From: an uncultured Chloroflexia bacterium
GTDB lineage: Bacteria > Chloroflexota > Dormibacteria > CF-121
Direction of reading: 5' to 3'
DNA length: 64,000 bases
Assembly: GCA_963795805.1 (NCBI GenBank)
Contig: CAWCIV010000004.1
Location: 79,052 to 143,051, forward strand
The position numbers and the translations under genes were made by a program. The number at the start of each line of letters is the position of its first letter. Within the stretch, counting starts at the first letter, position 1. Shown piece after piece: positions 27,092 through 37,385 of this stretch. The notes under the pieces were generated by a model that ran no database searches, was not told the DNA's origin, and worked only from the letters and a program-made list of their open reading frames with translations.

Positions 27092-28249
27092 ATGGTCTAT
27101 CTCGACCATTCCGCCACGACGCCGCTCGACCCGGAGGTCCTCCAGGCGATGATGCCGTACCTCACCGGAGAGTTTGGCAATGCCTCGAGCGTCTACGGCC
27201 TGGGCCAGCGAGCGCGCCAGGCCATTGACCAGGCGCGGGACGAGGTGGCGGCATTCTATGGGGTAGCCGCCAAGGAGGTCATCTTCACCTCGGGCGGGAC
27301 CGAGGGCGATAACTTTGCCTTCCGGGGCATCGCCGAGCGCAATGCCGACCGAGGCCGGCACGTCATCACCTCGACCATCGAGCATGACGCCGTCCTCCGC
27401 TCGGCCGACGAGCTCGAGCGCGAAGGCTTCGAGGTCACGCGGCTGCCGGTGGACCGGACCGGGTTGGTCGACCCGATGGATCTGGAACGCGCCCTTCGAA
27501 AGGACACCATCCTGGTCAGCATCATGATGGCGAATAACGAGATCGGGACGATCGAGCCGATCGCGGAACTGGTCGCGCTCACCCGCAATCACAGTGCTGC
27601 CTACTTTCACACCGATGCCGTGCAAGCCACCGGCAAGATCCCAATCTCGGTGGAGGGGCTCGGCGTCGATCTCCTATCGATGTCGGCGCACAAGCTGCAC
27701 GGCCCGAAGGGGGTCGGCGCGCTGATCGTGAGGTCCGGCGTCCGGGTGCAACCGCAAATCGTCGGCGGCGGGCACGAGCGGAACCGGCGGGCGGGCACGG
27801 AAAACGTGGCCGGCATCGTGGGGTTAGCCAGGGCCCTGACCATCGCCCATCGGGATCTCGCCAAAAACACGGAGCACCTGACGAGGTTGCGCGACCGCTT
27901 GATCGAGGGCGTGCTCGACCGCATTCCCCGCGCCGAGCTGACCGGCCATCCGACCAAGCGGCTTCCCCATCACGCGAGCTTCCTGTTCCAGGGCGTCGAG
28001 GGGGAATCGCTCCTGCTCCAACTCGACATGGAGGGGATCGCCGCCTCGTCCGGCTCGGCCTGTACCTCCGGATCGCTGGAGCCCAGTCATGTCATCCTGG
28101 CGCTCGGCTATCCGCGAGACCGTGCGCTGGGGAGCCTCCGGCTGTCCGTGGGCAAGGACACCTCCGACGAGGACATCGACCTGGTCCTGGATCGCCTCCC
28201 CGGCATGGTCGCCCGCCTGCGAACGATGGCGCCGATCTCCGCGGCATGA
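27092..28249 (+). CDS. iscS: Cysteine desulfurase (IscS/NifS family)
   Basis: YLDHSATT, HTDAVQA, SAHKLHGPKG (PLP Lys) and SSGSACTS (catalytic Cys). Confidence 0.95.
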   Translation: MVYLDHSATTPLDPEVLQAMMPYLTGEFGNASSVYGLGQRARQAIDQARDEVAAFYGVAAKEVIFTSGGTEGDNFAFRGIAERNADRGRHVITSTIEHDAVLRSADELEREGFEVTRLPVDRTGLVDPMDLERALRKDTILVSIMMANNEIGTIEPIAELVALTRNHSAAYFHTDAVQATGKIPISVEGLGVDLLSMSAHKLHGPKGVGALIVRSGVRVQPQIVGGGHERNRRAGTENVAGIVGLARALTIAHRDLAKNTEHLTRLRDRLIEGVLDRIPRAELTGHPTKRLPHHASFLFQGVEGESLLLQLDMEGIAASSGSACTSGSLEPSHVILALGYPRDRALGSLRLSVGKDTSDEDIDLVLDRLPGMVARLRTMAPISAA

Positions 28250-28259
28250 GCGCCGGTTG

Positions 28260-28634
28260 ATGGCGCAGCGGTTTTACACGCCGGAGGAAGCCAACGCCCT
28301 GCTACCAGCGGTCCGCCCGGTGGTTGAGCGGATCCGTCACGCGCAGCGGACCCTGGCCGCGGACACGTCGGTGGCGGTGGTTGCGGAGAAGGCCAGCCAC
28401 AATGGCGGCGGGCTCCCGAGCCGGCAGGTTGGCGAGCAGACACGGGCGCTCGAACGAGATCTCCGGCAATTGGATGAATGGGGGATCGTGCTCCGCGACC
28501 CGAGCGTGGGCTTGATCGATTTCTTCTGGCAGCGTGAGAGTGAGACGGTCTTCCTCTGCTGGAAGCTGGGCGAGGCCCGCGTCGAGTGGTGGCACCCGGT
28601 CCAAACCGGGATTGCCGGACGCACCCGGCTCTAG
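28260..28634 (+). CDS. DUF2203-family protein
   Basis: FYTPEEANALLP...GLIDFF...FLCWKLGE pattern. ATG at 28260. Confidence 0.85.
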   Translation: MAQRFYTPEEANALLPAVRPVVERIRHAQRTLAADTSVAVVAEKASHNGGGLPSRQVGEQTRALERDLRQLDEWGIVLRDPSVGLIDFFWQRESETVFLCWKLGEARVEWWHPVQTGIAGRTRL

Positions 28635-28644
28635 TTGATGCCTC

Positions 28645-29743
28645 CTAGGGGGTTCGGAACAGAAGGGCGAGCAGGCCGAGGAGGTGGAGCATCCCGCTGA
28701 TGGTGAGCCCGATGATCCCCAGCAACCGCCCGTTCTTGGCGCGTTCTTCGCCCTGCACGCGGTCCGGTGCCTTGCGAATCTCGCGTAACGCGGTCCGCGC
28801 GAAAACGATCGACAGGATGCCGGTCACGATCGGAACCAGCGGAATGAAGAAGAGGACGACCGTGACCACCCCCAGGCCCATCGCCTGGCGGGCGTTGCGG
28901 TCGACCGGTCGGAAGCGGTGAGACGCCCTCGCGTTCCGCGAGCTGATCGAGCGCCGCCAGCGGCCCGTTGGTCGCGACGACGTCGGGCAAGGCACGCCGC
29001 AGGGCCGGCTCGGCGCTCGCCGCGAGCGCCTGCCGACGCGCCACCGGCAACTCCTCCCGGCGGGCCGCGTAGGCGACCACCAACCGCCGCAGGGCCTGGT
29101 CCAGGCCGCCGTGCTCGGCCGGCGACGGCACTGCCGCGGTGCCCGTCGGCACATCGCCCGGTTGCGCCCAGATCGAGACAGGTGCGGGTTGGGCGTTGAT
29201 TGGCTGCGGAAAGGCCGCCCCGGTCGATGGTGCGCTCGACAGATCGTGCAAGCTAATCCGCTGACGGTCGCGCACCACCACGGTACCGGCGGCGAAGTCC
29301 CCGAGGCGTTTGCCGCGGGCGTTGACGAAGAGGGTAATGATCCCGACGCCGTAGAAGACGGGCAGGAAGTCGACGATCCGAATCAGGTTGCGCGTTGCCG
29401 CCTGGCCTACCGTGATCGGCTGACCCTGGTCCCCGACCACCCGGAGCCGGGCCGCGCGCTTTCCCAGTGTTTGCCCGGAGAGGACCGCCTCGCTGATCAG
29501 AAAGTATCCGGCGAAGAGGATGAAGCCGAGGATCAATCCGAAGAGCACCGCGACCTGGGCCGAATTGAGGATGACGCCGATCGCGATCGCGCCGATGAGG
29601 ATCACGACGCCGATGGCGAGGAGGATCAAGGCGTCGACGAGTTGGGCCAGAAAGCGGCTGCCGATCCCGGCGATCTCGTACTCAAACGCGACCCGTTCCG
29701 GGGTGGCGATGACGAGGTCGTCCGATTGATCCGGGGGTCGCAC
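28645..29743 (-). pseudogene. RDD-family protein with C-terminal DUF4190-like membrane segment, +1 frameshift near 28911
   Basis: RDD motifs (GSRFLAQLVD, GQTLGKR, RLGDFAAGT). Deleting one C in CTTCCGA gives EGVSPLRPVDRNARQAMGLGV..., joining the hydrophobic C-terminus of ORF 28645-29154. Confidence 0.75.
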
Positions 29744-29799
29744 GGGGTGCAGTGTACTGCTGGCAAGGTCGGAACCCTGCGCTGCGTCATGATTGCTGT

Positions 29800-30762
29800 A
29801 TGCGCGCCGACGATTTCGTGACCCGCCGGCGGCCGGAGTGGGAACGGCTGGAGGCACTCCTCGGCAGGACCGGGACCAGTCGGTTCGGCGGGCTGCGTCC
29901 GACCGAGGTCCTGGCGCTCGCGGGCCTTTACCGGCGGGCGACCGCCGACCTGGCTCGAGCGAAACGTGACTGGCCGAACGCGCCGGTGGCCGGATACCTC
30001 AACGGGCTGGTGGCACGCGGCCATGCCGCCGTCTACCAGTCAGGCGGCAACCTCCGGCAGCGGATCGCGACCTTCTATGGCCTGACGCTCCCGCAGACCT
30101 ATCGCGCCTCGGGTCGATACATGCTGGCGGCGGCGGCCTTGCTGTTTGGGCCGGCGATCATTGCCTTCATCGCGATCCGGCTGGACCCGCGGCTTGCCTA
30201 CGCCCTGGTCCCCGCCCAGATTGTCCAGCTGGTTCACAATCACCAGCTCTGGACGCAGATCCCGGCGTCGGAGCGGCCGCTGATGGCCGGCGTGATCATG
30301 ACGAACAACATCAATGTCTCGATCCTGGCCTTCGCCTTCGGCGTCCTGCTCGGACTCCCCACGATCTACATCTTGATGACCAATGGGATCCAGCTCGGCG
30401 GCCTGCTCGGCCTGACCAGCGCCTACGGCATCGGTGGCGGCCTGCTGGATTTCGTCATCGCGCACGGCGTGATCGAGCTGTCGGTCGTGGTGGCGGCCGG
30501 CGCCTCGGGCCTGATGATGGGCTGGGCCCTCGTCATGCCGGGCGCCTACCGGCGGCGGGACGCGCTCGTGCTGGCGGCGCGCAAATCGGTGATCATCCTC
30601 GCCGGGCTCGCGCCGCTCCTGATCATCGCCGGCATCATCGAAGGCAACCTGAGCCCGTCCACCGCGCCGACGGCGGTGAAGGCCGCGGTTGGCCTGACCT
30701 CAGGCGTGCTCCTCTACACCTACCTGCTGCGAACCGGCCGTCCCAAGCGTCAGCCCGGGTAA
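29800..30762 (+). CDS. SpoIIM / DUF95-family membrane protein
   Basis: EWERLEALL...[25 protein letters not shown] and IIEGNLSP. Confidence 0.9.
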   Translation: MRADDFVTRRRPEWERLEALLGRTGTSRFGGLRPTEVLALAGLYRRATADLARAKRDWPNAPVAGYLNGLVARGHAAVYQSGGNLRQRIATFYGLTLPQTYRASGRYMLAAAALLFGPAIIAFIAIRLDPRLAYALVPAQIVQLVHNHQLWTQIPASERPLMAGVIMTNNINVSILAFAFGVLLGLPTIYILMTNGIQLGGLLGLTSAYGIGGGLLDFVIAHGVIELSVVVAAGASGLMMGWALVMPGAYRRRDALVLAARKSVIILAGLAPLLIIAGIIEGNLSPSTAPTAVKAAVGLTSGVLLYTYLLRTGRPKRQPG

Positions 30763-32696
30763 GCGGCGAGGAAGATCGGCCCGTTCACGACTTTCTCAGC
30801 GTGACCGTCCGCCCGGACGAGCAGGATCCCATCGACATCGCCGCTCGAGTTGGGGTTTCCCACCGCGACCATGAACGCGGTGCCGTTTGGTTGCGGCAGC
30901 GCCACCACCGGTAGCTGGCCGGTCGCGGCCGGGTTGCCGCCCAGACGCCAGCGCACCGTCCCGCGATGCCAGTCCAGCAGCCTGATTTCGCCCGGCGTTT
31001 GGACCATAAAGGACGGTGCGGTGACGACCAACGATCCATCCCAGGAGAAGGCGATCACCCGCTGATCGGTCAACCGCGCGACGACGCCTCCGTCACTCAG
31101 GCGGCGGATGACCGTCGCCGAGGGACCAGGGCCAAGGTTGCTCTCCGCGACGTAGCGGCCGTCGCGCGAGCCAACCAGCATCTGTGACGAGTTCGTGTAT
31201 GCGTGGCTGTACAGGGTGCGGCCCGTCGAAAGCGCGATCACGCGCACGTCGAGGTATCCGCCCTGCACCTGCTGGCCGAGGATGGCGCGATCCGCCAGGT
31301 CGCTGCAAGCGATCAGCGCGTAGCCGCTCTGGCGTCCAATCGGGCCAAGCGTGACCACCCGGCGCGCGGCGCCCCCGACCTTGCCCACGGCGAGCCACTG
31401 GGTCGGATTCGCGTTGGCGCCACCGGGATCAAAGCCGATCTCGCAATACCGGCCCGGAACATCCGACCAGACCGCGCCGAAGTATTGGCGGTCTGATACC
31501 GCGCGCCCCTGCCGGTCCATCGCGACGCCCGTGCCGTCCATCAATTGGAACCAGGACCCGTCCGCATTCTGGTGCGTGTTCCCACGCGCGTAAACTGAGC
31601 CGACCATCGCGCCGCTCCAGTCGAGGGCGGTGAAGCGAGTCGGGTCGCCGGACGGCGACAGCCACGGGCTGGAGGTCGAGTACCACACCACCGGGACTCC
31701 ATCAGGCGGCGCGCCGGCTTCCGTGAGGAAGGTCCAGGTTCGGTGAATTCGGGCTGTCGGATCGGTCGACCCGACGGTGACGTCAGCGGCGTACTGGGTC
31801 CGCGGCTGGAGATCGGAATAGCGAACCGACCATGTCGCGCCGCTCCAGACGCCGGGCGCAAGCGTCGCCGGCGGCTGCAGCGTGATGACCGGGTCGCTGC
31901 TTGGGCGCCGGCTGAAGCCGATACTCAGCTGGCCGTAGCGCGCGACCGTGCCGGCGCCATCGATCGGTTCCAGCCGAGCGAGTCGTGGCGGTCCCTCGGC
32001 TACGAAGGTCCAGCGTTTGACGAAGTGTCCGGTGTCATGAAGGTGGCTCTGGTACTGCGCGTCCAGCACGAGCTCATAGCGCTGGCCGAAGTGCAGGCCG
32101 CTGTATTCGATGAGGAGCGTGCTTCCGTCCCAGAAGGTCACATGCTGGTTCCCGTCCGAAGGCTGATGCGTGAGCGTCGGCGTGCCAAGCGGGCGGCGGG
32201 CGAACTGAACCCGAAACTGTCCATCCACTCCGACTTCGCGGGCGCCCGCCGGCGGCGCCAGGTCCGAAATCGTCGGCGCGGCGGCTGCCAGCGCGTCCGA
32301 CCGGGTTCGCTGCAGCTGCACCAGCCCCGCGGCGGCAAGGATCAGCACCGCCAGCCCGAGGGCGGTGAGACGGGAGCGGGCCGGCCGCGAGGTGTACTGC
32401 CGATCTTCGACCGCATCCAGGATTCGCAGGTGCAGGTCACGGGAAACGCGCTGGTCTCGTGGCGGAAGCGTCTGCAGGAGCGGGCCCGCCGTCCTGCCAC
32501 CGGCCAGCTTGCGGATCGCCGCACACAGTCTCGACTCGATGTCCTGCCCGCGTGAGGTCAGGACATCGGCAAGGGCCTGCTCGGTGATCCGCTCAGCTCG
32601 TGGCTCGTCCTGAACGAGCGTGCGGGCGTAGCCGAAGACCCGATCCTCGTATTCGCGCACCGGCGCTTCGAACGATTCCCGACTCTGCGGTTCCAG
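30750..32696 (-). CDS. Membrane protein: sigma-region-2-like N-terminus, one TM, two Ig-like domains and a beta-propeller-like C-terminus
   Basis: CTG at 32696, 5 nt after GGAGG. N-terminus [29 protein letters not shown] near residues 110-130. Ig-like repeats end in WTFxT/A. Confidence 0.7.
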   Translation of the reverse strand: MEPQSRESFEAPVREYEDRVFGYARTLVQDEPRAERITEQALADVLTSRGQDIESRLCAAIRKLAGGRTAGPLLQTLPPRDQRVSRDLHLRILDAVEDRQYTSRPARSRLTALGLAVLILAAAGLVQLQRTRSDALAAAAPTISDLAPPAGAREVGVDGQFRVQFARRPLGTPTLTHQPSDGNQHVTFWDGSTLLIEYSGLHFGQRYELVLDAQYQSHLHDTGHFVKRWTFVAEGPPRLARLEPIDGAGTVARYGQLSIGFSRRPSSDPVITLQPPATLAPGVWSGATWSVRYSDLQPRTQYAADVTVGSTDPTARIHRTWTFLTEAGAPPDGVPVVWYSTSSPWLSPSGDPTRFTALDWSGAMVGSVYARGNTHQNADGSWFQLMDGTGVAMDRQGRAVSDRQYFGAVWSDVPGRYCEIGFDPGGANANPTQWLAVGKVGGAARRVVTLGPIGRQSGYALIACSDLADRAILGQQVQGGYLDVRVIALSTGRTLYSHAYTNSSQMLVGSRDGRYVAESNLGPGPSATVIRRLSDGGVVARLTDQRVIAFSWDGSLVVTAPSFMVQTPGEIRLLDWHRGTVRWRLGGNPAATGQLPVVALPQPNGTAFMVAVGNPNSSGDVDGILLVRADGHAEKVVNGPIFLAAYPG

Positions 32697-32727
32697 ATTG
32701 GCCTCCCACCGGGCGATCTACTGACAG

Positions 32728-32753
32728 AACGCAGCCGAGGGTCGGAAGTTACA
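32728..32753 (-). promoter_or_regulatory. Candidate ECF-type promoter TGTAAC-N16-CGTT
   Basis: Matches the AAC-N16-CGT pattern of Bacillus-type ECF promoters. It lies about 30 nt upstream of the CTG start. Confidence 0.35.
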
Positions 32754-32854
32754 GGAGATACCATCAAAGAACCGTATGGAACCACAGGTCATCACTCGAG
32801 TCCTAAACGACCCGCCTGTCGAGGAATTACGGGTCCCCATCGGGTATACCTCGC

Positions 32855-33937
32855 GTGGCTGAGTCGCTATCTGAGCAGTCGAGCTTCTTGAATCGGCTGA
32901 CCGCATCATGCCTTGGGACATTCGACATGGCCACGATGTACCTCGGCCTGCAGCTGGGCCTCTACCGGTCCCTCACCGACGGTGGCCCAGCCACCTCGAG
33001 CGAGCTTGCTAGCCGGACTGCGACCGTCGAACGCTATGTTCGGGAATGGCTGGAACAGCAGACCGTGACCGGTGTCTTGCAGGTTGAGGACGCCGGCGCC
33101 GAGGCCGTCGTCCGTCGTTACTCGATTCCCACCGCGCACGCCGAGATCCTTTTGGATGCCGACAGCCTGAACTATATGGGCGCCTACCCGCAGCAGATGA
33201 TCAGCACCCTGGCACCCTTGCCTTCGCTCGTGAAAGCCTTTCGCCAGGGTGGAGGCGTACCGTACGAGGCTTACGGCCAGGACTGCCGCGGAGGCATTGC
33301 GGCGGGTAATCGCGTCGCCTTCATCAACCTGCTCGGTAGCAAGTGGTTTCCCGCGATCCCGGAGCTCGACGCCCGGCTGCGTGCCGATCCACCGGCACGC
33401 ATCGCCGACGTCGGATGCGGCTTCGGCTGGTCGGCCATCAGCATCGCCCGTGCCTACCCGCGCGTGCGCGTCGACGGCCTGGATTTGGACGAGTCGTCGG
33501 TGCGTGCGGCGCAACAAAACGCCAGGGACTCGGGCGTCGCGGATCGCGTCACGTTTGCCGTCCGCGATGCGGCCGACCCGGCCCTCACCGACAGGTACGA
33601 CCTCGTCGTCGCCTTCGAGACCATCCATGACATGGCGCGACCGGTGGAGGCGCTCCACGCGATGCGGCGCCTCGCGGCAGACCGCGGCATGGTCCTGGTG
33701 GTCGATGAGCGCGTCAACGAGACGTTCACCGTCGATCCGGGCGACATCGAACGGCTCTATTACGGCTTCAGCATCCTCCATTGCTTGCCCGCCGGGATGG
33801 ACGCCCGACCCTCAGCCGCAACCGGCACCGTCATGCGCCCGGCGACCTTGCGGTCGTACGCCCAGAAGGCAGGCTTCAGGGACATCGAGGAGCTTCCAAT
33901 CGAATTCGACTTCTGGCGCTTCTACCGGTTGTCGTAA
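32855..33937 (+). CDS. Class I SAM-dependent methyltransferase with N-terminal winged-helix domain
   Basis: GLQLGLYRSL, ERYVREWL, ADVGCGFGW and FETIHDMARP. Confidence 0.9.
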   Translation: MAESLSEQSSFLNRLTASCLGTFDMATMYLGLQLGLYRSLTDGGPATSSELASRTATVERYVREWLEQQTVTGVLQVEDAGAEAVVRRYSIPTAHAEILLDADSLNYMGAYPQQMISTLAPLPSLVKAFRQGGGVPYEAYGQDCRGGIAAGNRVAFINLLGSKWFPAIPELDARLRADPPARIADVGCGFGWSAISIARAYPRVRVDGLDLDESSVRAAQQNARDSGVADRVTFAVRDAADPALTDRYDLVVAFETIHDMARPVEALHAMRRLAADRGMVLVVDERVNETFTVDPGDIERLYYGFSILHCLPAGMDARPSAATGTVMRPATLRSYAQKAGFRDIEELPIEFDFWRFYRLS

Positions 33938-33973
33938 GCATCAACCGATGGGCGCTGGATGCTGGCGATCAAG

Positions 33974-35290
33974 CTATAGGAGTGCGCGCTCTTTGAGCTC
34001 GAGGTAGCGCTCGACCAGCGCCGGGCTCAGCTTGCCGGCCTCGACGTCAAGGCCCAGGACGCCGCCCTTGCGGAGGGCCTCGAAGCTTTCGCGGCGGGCG
34101 GAGAGCAGCTCCTCGGCGGCCGCCCACTCGTAGCTTCGCGCGGCGCGGTCGATCGGGGCGTCACGCGCCGCCAGCACCTCGGGGTCGGCCATCGCGACGA
34201 CCATCACGAGGTGACGCTGGCTGAGCCGGATGGCATGCGCGACGAGATCGCGCGAGGCTTCCGGGTCGAGGACGTCGGTGAGCACCACGATCAGGGTGCG
34301 GCGGTTCAGGCGAAAGGCGAGTTGCGAGAAGGCCTCGCCGAAGTCCGGTTCGGTGTACTCCGCCTTGACGTCGTAGAGCACCCGGTTCAGCTGACTCACC
34401 TGGGCCGGCCCGCGCTGCGGCGCGACGAATTTCCGAATCTCGTCGGCGAAGGTGACCATGCCCACCCGATCGCCCTGACTCTGCGCCACCCAGGCCAGCA
34501 GCAAGGCGGCATTGACGGCATGGTCGAGCTTGGTCAGGAGTCCGGCGGGCGCCGTCATCAACCGGCCGCAGTCAAGGGCGATCACCGCCTGCTGACCGCG
34601 CTCGGCCTCGACCTCCATGACCACCGGGCTGTCCCGGCGGGCCGTCGCCTTCCAGCTGATGCGCCGGATCTCATCGCCCGGCAGGTAGTCGCGCAATCCC
34701 GCGAACGCGGTCGTCGCGCCGGGCGGGCGGGCGCGGCGGAGGCCCTGCATGAACCGCATGCCGCGGCGCAGCGTCAGCTGGTATCGCTTGATGGCGAGCA
34801 CGCTCGGGTAGACCGCGGCCGCCTCCGCAGCCGGGATCCGGACCTGCCGCAGCAACCAGCCACCCTCGCGCCAGCAGCGCACGTCCACGGGACCGAAATG
34901 GTAGGCCCCGCGATGCGGGGGTTGGACGAGGTATTCGACGGTGAGAAACCCCTCGTGATCAAACCGGGTGGGGATGACCCGCAGGTCCGGTCGCAGGTCG
35001 GCGGGGACGTGGTCGGCAACCTCGGCCGGGAGTCCTGCCGCGGCGGCGTGGCCCACGACCACCTGGACGGCCTGCCGTTCCCCGAGCGAGAACGGTTGCG
35101 GCAGGACGCGGCTTGCCGCGAACCCGCGCCGGCGTGGCAGGCGCCGTCCGTCGGCGACGACCAGCCCGACCAGCACGGCGTGGTAGCCGATCACGAGCAA
35201 CCAGGAAAGCGGACTCAGCAGCACGAGCACCACTGAGAGGGCGCCAACAAGCAACGCGAGGAGAAGACGCGGTTGTGGCGCCAGCGACAT
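33974..35290 (-). CDS. DUF58-family protein (MoxR partner)
   Basis: FAGLRDYLPGDEIRRISWKATARR, DCGRLM, and LDHAVNAALLL. Confidence 0.92.
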   Translation of the reverse strand: MSLAPQPRLLLALLVGALSVVLVLLSPLSWLLVIGYHAVLVGLVVADGRRLPRRRGFAASRVLPQPFSLGERQAVQVVVGHAAAAGLPAEVADHVPADLRPDLRVIPTRFDHEGFLTVEYLVQPPHRGAYHFGPVDVRCWREGGWLLRQVRIPAAEAAAVYPSVLAIKRYQLTLRRGMRFMQGLRRARPPGATTAFAGLRDYLPGDEIRRISWKATARRDSPVVMEVEAERGQQAVIALDCGRLMTAPAGLLTKLDHAVNAALLLAWVAQSQGDRVGMVTFADEIRKFVAPQRGPAQVSQLNRVLYDVKAEYTEPDFGEAFSQLAFRLNRRTLIVVLTDVLDPEASRDLVAHAIRLSQRHLVMVVAMADPEVLAARDAPIDRAARSYEWAAAEELLSARRESFEALRKGGVLGLDVEAGKLSPALVERYLELKERALL

Positions 35291-36237
35291 CAGCGCGGGG
35301 GCGTGACGCGAGCGATGATCGAGTCGAGCAGGCTGTCAGCGGTCTGGCCGCCGACCTCCGCCTCCGGGCGCAGCAGCAAGCGGTGTCGGAAGGTGGGCCG
35401 AAGCAGGCCCTTCACATCGTCGGGTGTGACGTAGTCGCGCGAATCGAAGGCCGCCGCCGCTTTCGAGGCGAGCAGCAGCAGCACCTCGGCGCGCGGGCTC
35501 GCGCCCAGCACCAGCTCTTGAGACTGTCGCGTTGAGACCGCGAGCTCGATGATGTATCGACGGAGCTTCTCGTCGACCACGACCCTGGCCACCTCCGCGC
35601 GACATTCCATGATCGAGGCGGTGTCGATCACGGGCTGAACCCCGGCGGCTATCGGGTCTTTGAGCTCGATCCCCGAATCCCAGCGACGCAAGACCTCGAG
35701 CTCCTGTTCCGGCGTGGGGTAGCCGAGCACGGCCTTGAACAGGAACCGATCCTGTTGTGCTTCAGGCAGTGGATAGGTCCCCTCGTACTCAATCGGATTC
35801 TGCGTGGCGAGCACCAGGAACGGATCCGGCAGCGGCAACTGCTGGCCCTCGAGGCTGACCCCGTGTTCCTCCATTGCCTCGAGCAGGGCGGACTGGACCT
35901 TGGCCGGGGCGCGGTTGATCTCGTCGGCAAGCAGGATGTTGGTAAAGATCGGCCCCTGGCGGACCCGGAACGATCGCGACTGCAGGTCGTAGATGGCGGT
36001 TCCCACGATGTCGGCGGGCATCAGGTCGGGAGTGAATTGGATGCGTCCGTACTGCACCGACAGCAACCGGGCCACCGTCTTGGCGAGCAGCGTTTTGCCC
36101 ACGCCGGGGACACCCTCCAGCAGGACATGGCCTCGCGCCATGACGGCGAGGGCGCAGAGGCGCACCGCATCGTCCTGACCGACGACCGCTTTGGCCGCTT
36201 CCGTTCGAAACCGTTGGTAAAAGTCGGCGGCTTTCAT
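35290..36237 (-). CDS. MoxR-family AAA+ ATPase
   Basis: EGVPGVGKT, IQFTPDLMPAD, DEINRAP and ATQNPIEYEGTYPLPEAQ. Confidence 0.96.
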   Translation of the reverse strand: MKAADFYQRFRTEAAKAVVGQDDAVRLCALAVMARGHVLLEGVPGVGKTLLAKTVARLLSVQYGRIQFTPDLMPADIVGTAIYDLQSRSFRVRQGPIFTNILLADEINRAPAKVQSALLEAMEEHGVSLEGQQLPLPDPFLVLATQNPIEYEGTYPLPEAQQDRFLFKAVLGYPTPEQELEVLRRWDSGIELKDPIAAGVQPVIDTASIMECRAEVARVVVDEKLRRYIIELAVSTRQSQELVLGASPRAEVLLLLASKAAAAFDSRDYVTPDDVKGLLRPTFRHRLLLRPEAEVGGQTADSLLDSIIARVTPPR

Positions 36238-37385
36238 CCGGGCTCCTTTCTGCTGACGTTGGATGCTAGTGGATAGGCCAGGTCATGCAGTCGGCGGGCG
36301 GCGTCCAGGACCGAAGCTTCGCTGTCGGTCGCGCGAGGCAGGTCGGCCTCGATCCCCGTCAGGTCGCGGCTCACGGACGGCGCCCGGGTGGCCACGGCAT
36401 GCTCGAAGTCCGACGTGGGCGCGCCGGCTCCAAGGCCAACCCGTTCGGCGATCGCCCGTCGGGTCGCCGTCCGCAGCGTCTCCAGGGTGACCGCGCGGGC
36501 GCCGGTGCGATGGAGCAGGCTGCCGATGGCGGCCGCATATTCGGCGGAGGACCGATCCCTTACCGAGTGCAGCGAGATGGCGGGACCAAATGCCCGGCCG
36601 CGCAGAGCCAGGCCCGCGAAGAGCACGATCACCGCCCAGACGAGCGCCGCACCCCAGGGGGTGGCCATCCACGCGGTCTGGGGTGACCCCGCGGCGGCCG
36701 CGCCATGATGAAACTCGTCGAAGAGCACCTGGCTCCCGGCCGGGGCAAGCGCGATCAGGTCGGCGGCGAAGCGGCCGTTGTCGGGTTTCCCGAGGTACCC
36801 ATTGGCGAGGATCAGCGGGTCGGTCATGGCCAGGAGCTGGCCCTGCCCGACGGTTTGTCGAATGGCGATCGCCTGGTTGGTCGCGTTGACCAGCACGGTG
36901 ACCTGGCTAGGGGATGGTTTCAGCCAGTCCGTCGGCGTGCCACCTTCAACGTGCTGCACGCCACCGAAGATGGGCGCCGGAGCATTGGCCGTCGCCGATC
37001 CGCCTAACGGATTCGGCCGCGTCCCGCGATGAATGCCAAACTGCGTGTCCAGCTGTGGCTCAGCCTGTTCGTCGGCATAGACGGCAATGCCGCCCGCGGT
37101 CAGCCAGCTGCTGACCTGTTGGGCCTCGGCGGCACTGAACCCGCTGGTGGGCGTAAAGATCAGCAACAAGCCCGGGCTCGAGGGCAGCGTGAAGTCGCCT
37201 TCGACGGTCGCGGTCGGGTGCCCGAGCGCCTGCGCGTAGAGGCGCAGCGCGGACGTGCCTCCCGGCCCGTCGCTGTCGGACCGGTGCTCGGGCGAGTCGC
37301 CGGAACCGGATGGGCCGCGGAGCAGGACAAGAACGGCCACCAGCAAGGCGAGCCCACCGAGCACGGCCCAGCCGCGACGCCTCAT
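36234..37385 (-). CDS. DUF4350-family protein
   Basis: N-terminal TM, GPGGTSAL, DPLILANGYL and VLFDEFHHG. Confidence 0.85.
   Translation of the reverse strand: MRRRGWAVLGGLALLVAVLVLLRGPSGSGDSPEHRSDSDGPGGTSALRLYAQALGHPTATVEGDFTLPSSPGLLLIFTPTSGFSAAEAQQVSSWLTAGGIAVYADEQAEPQLDTQFGIHRGTRPNPLGGSATANAPAPIFGGVQHVEGGTPTDWLKPSPSQVTVLVNATNQAIAIRQTVGQGQLLAMTDPLILANGYLGKPDNGRFAADLIALAPAGSQVLFDEFHHGAAAAGSPQTAWMATPWGAALVWAVIVLFAGLALRGRAFGPAISLHSVRDRSSAEYAAAIGSLLHRTGARAVTLETLRTATRRAIAERVGLGAGAPTSDFEHAVATRAPSVSRDLTGIEADLPRATDSEASVLDAARRLHDLAYPLASNVSRKEPG

Noticed and set aside
29800-30762. SpoIIM homologue as evidence for sporulation
   Set aside because: This is the widespread DUF95-type member found in MoxR clusters of non-sporulating bacteria. 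No other sporulation genes are present.
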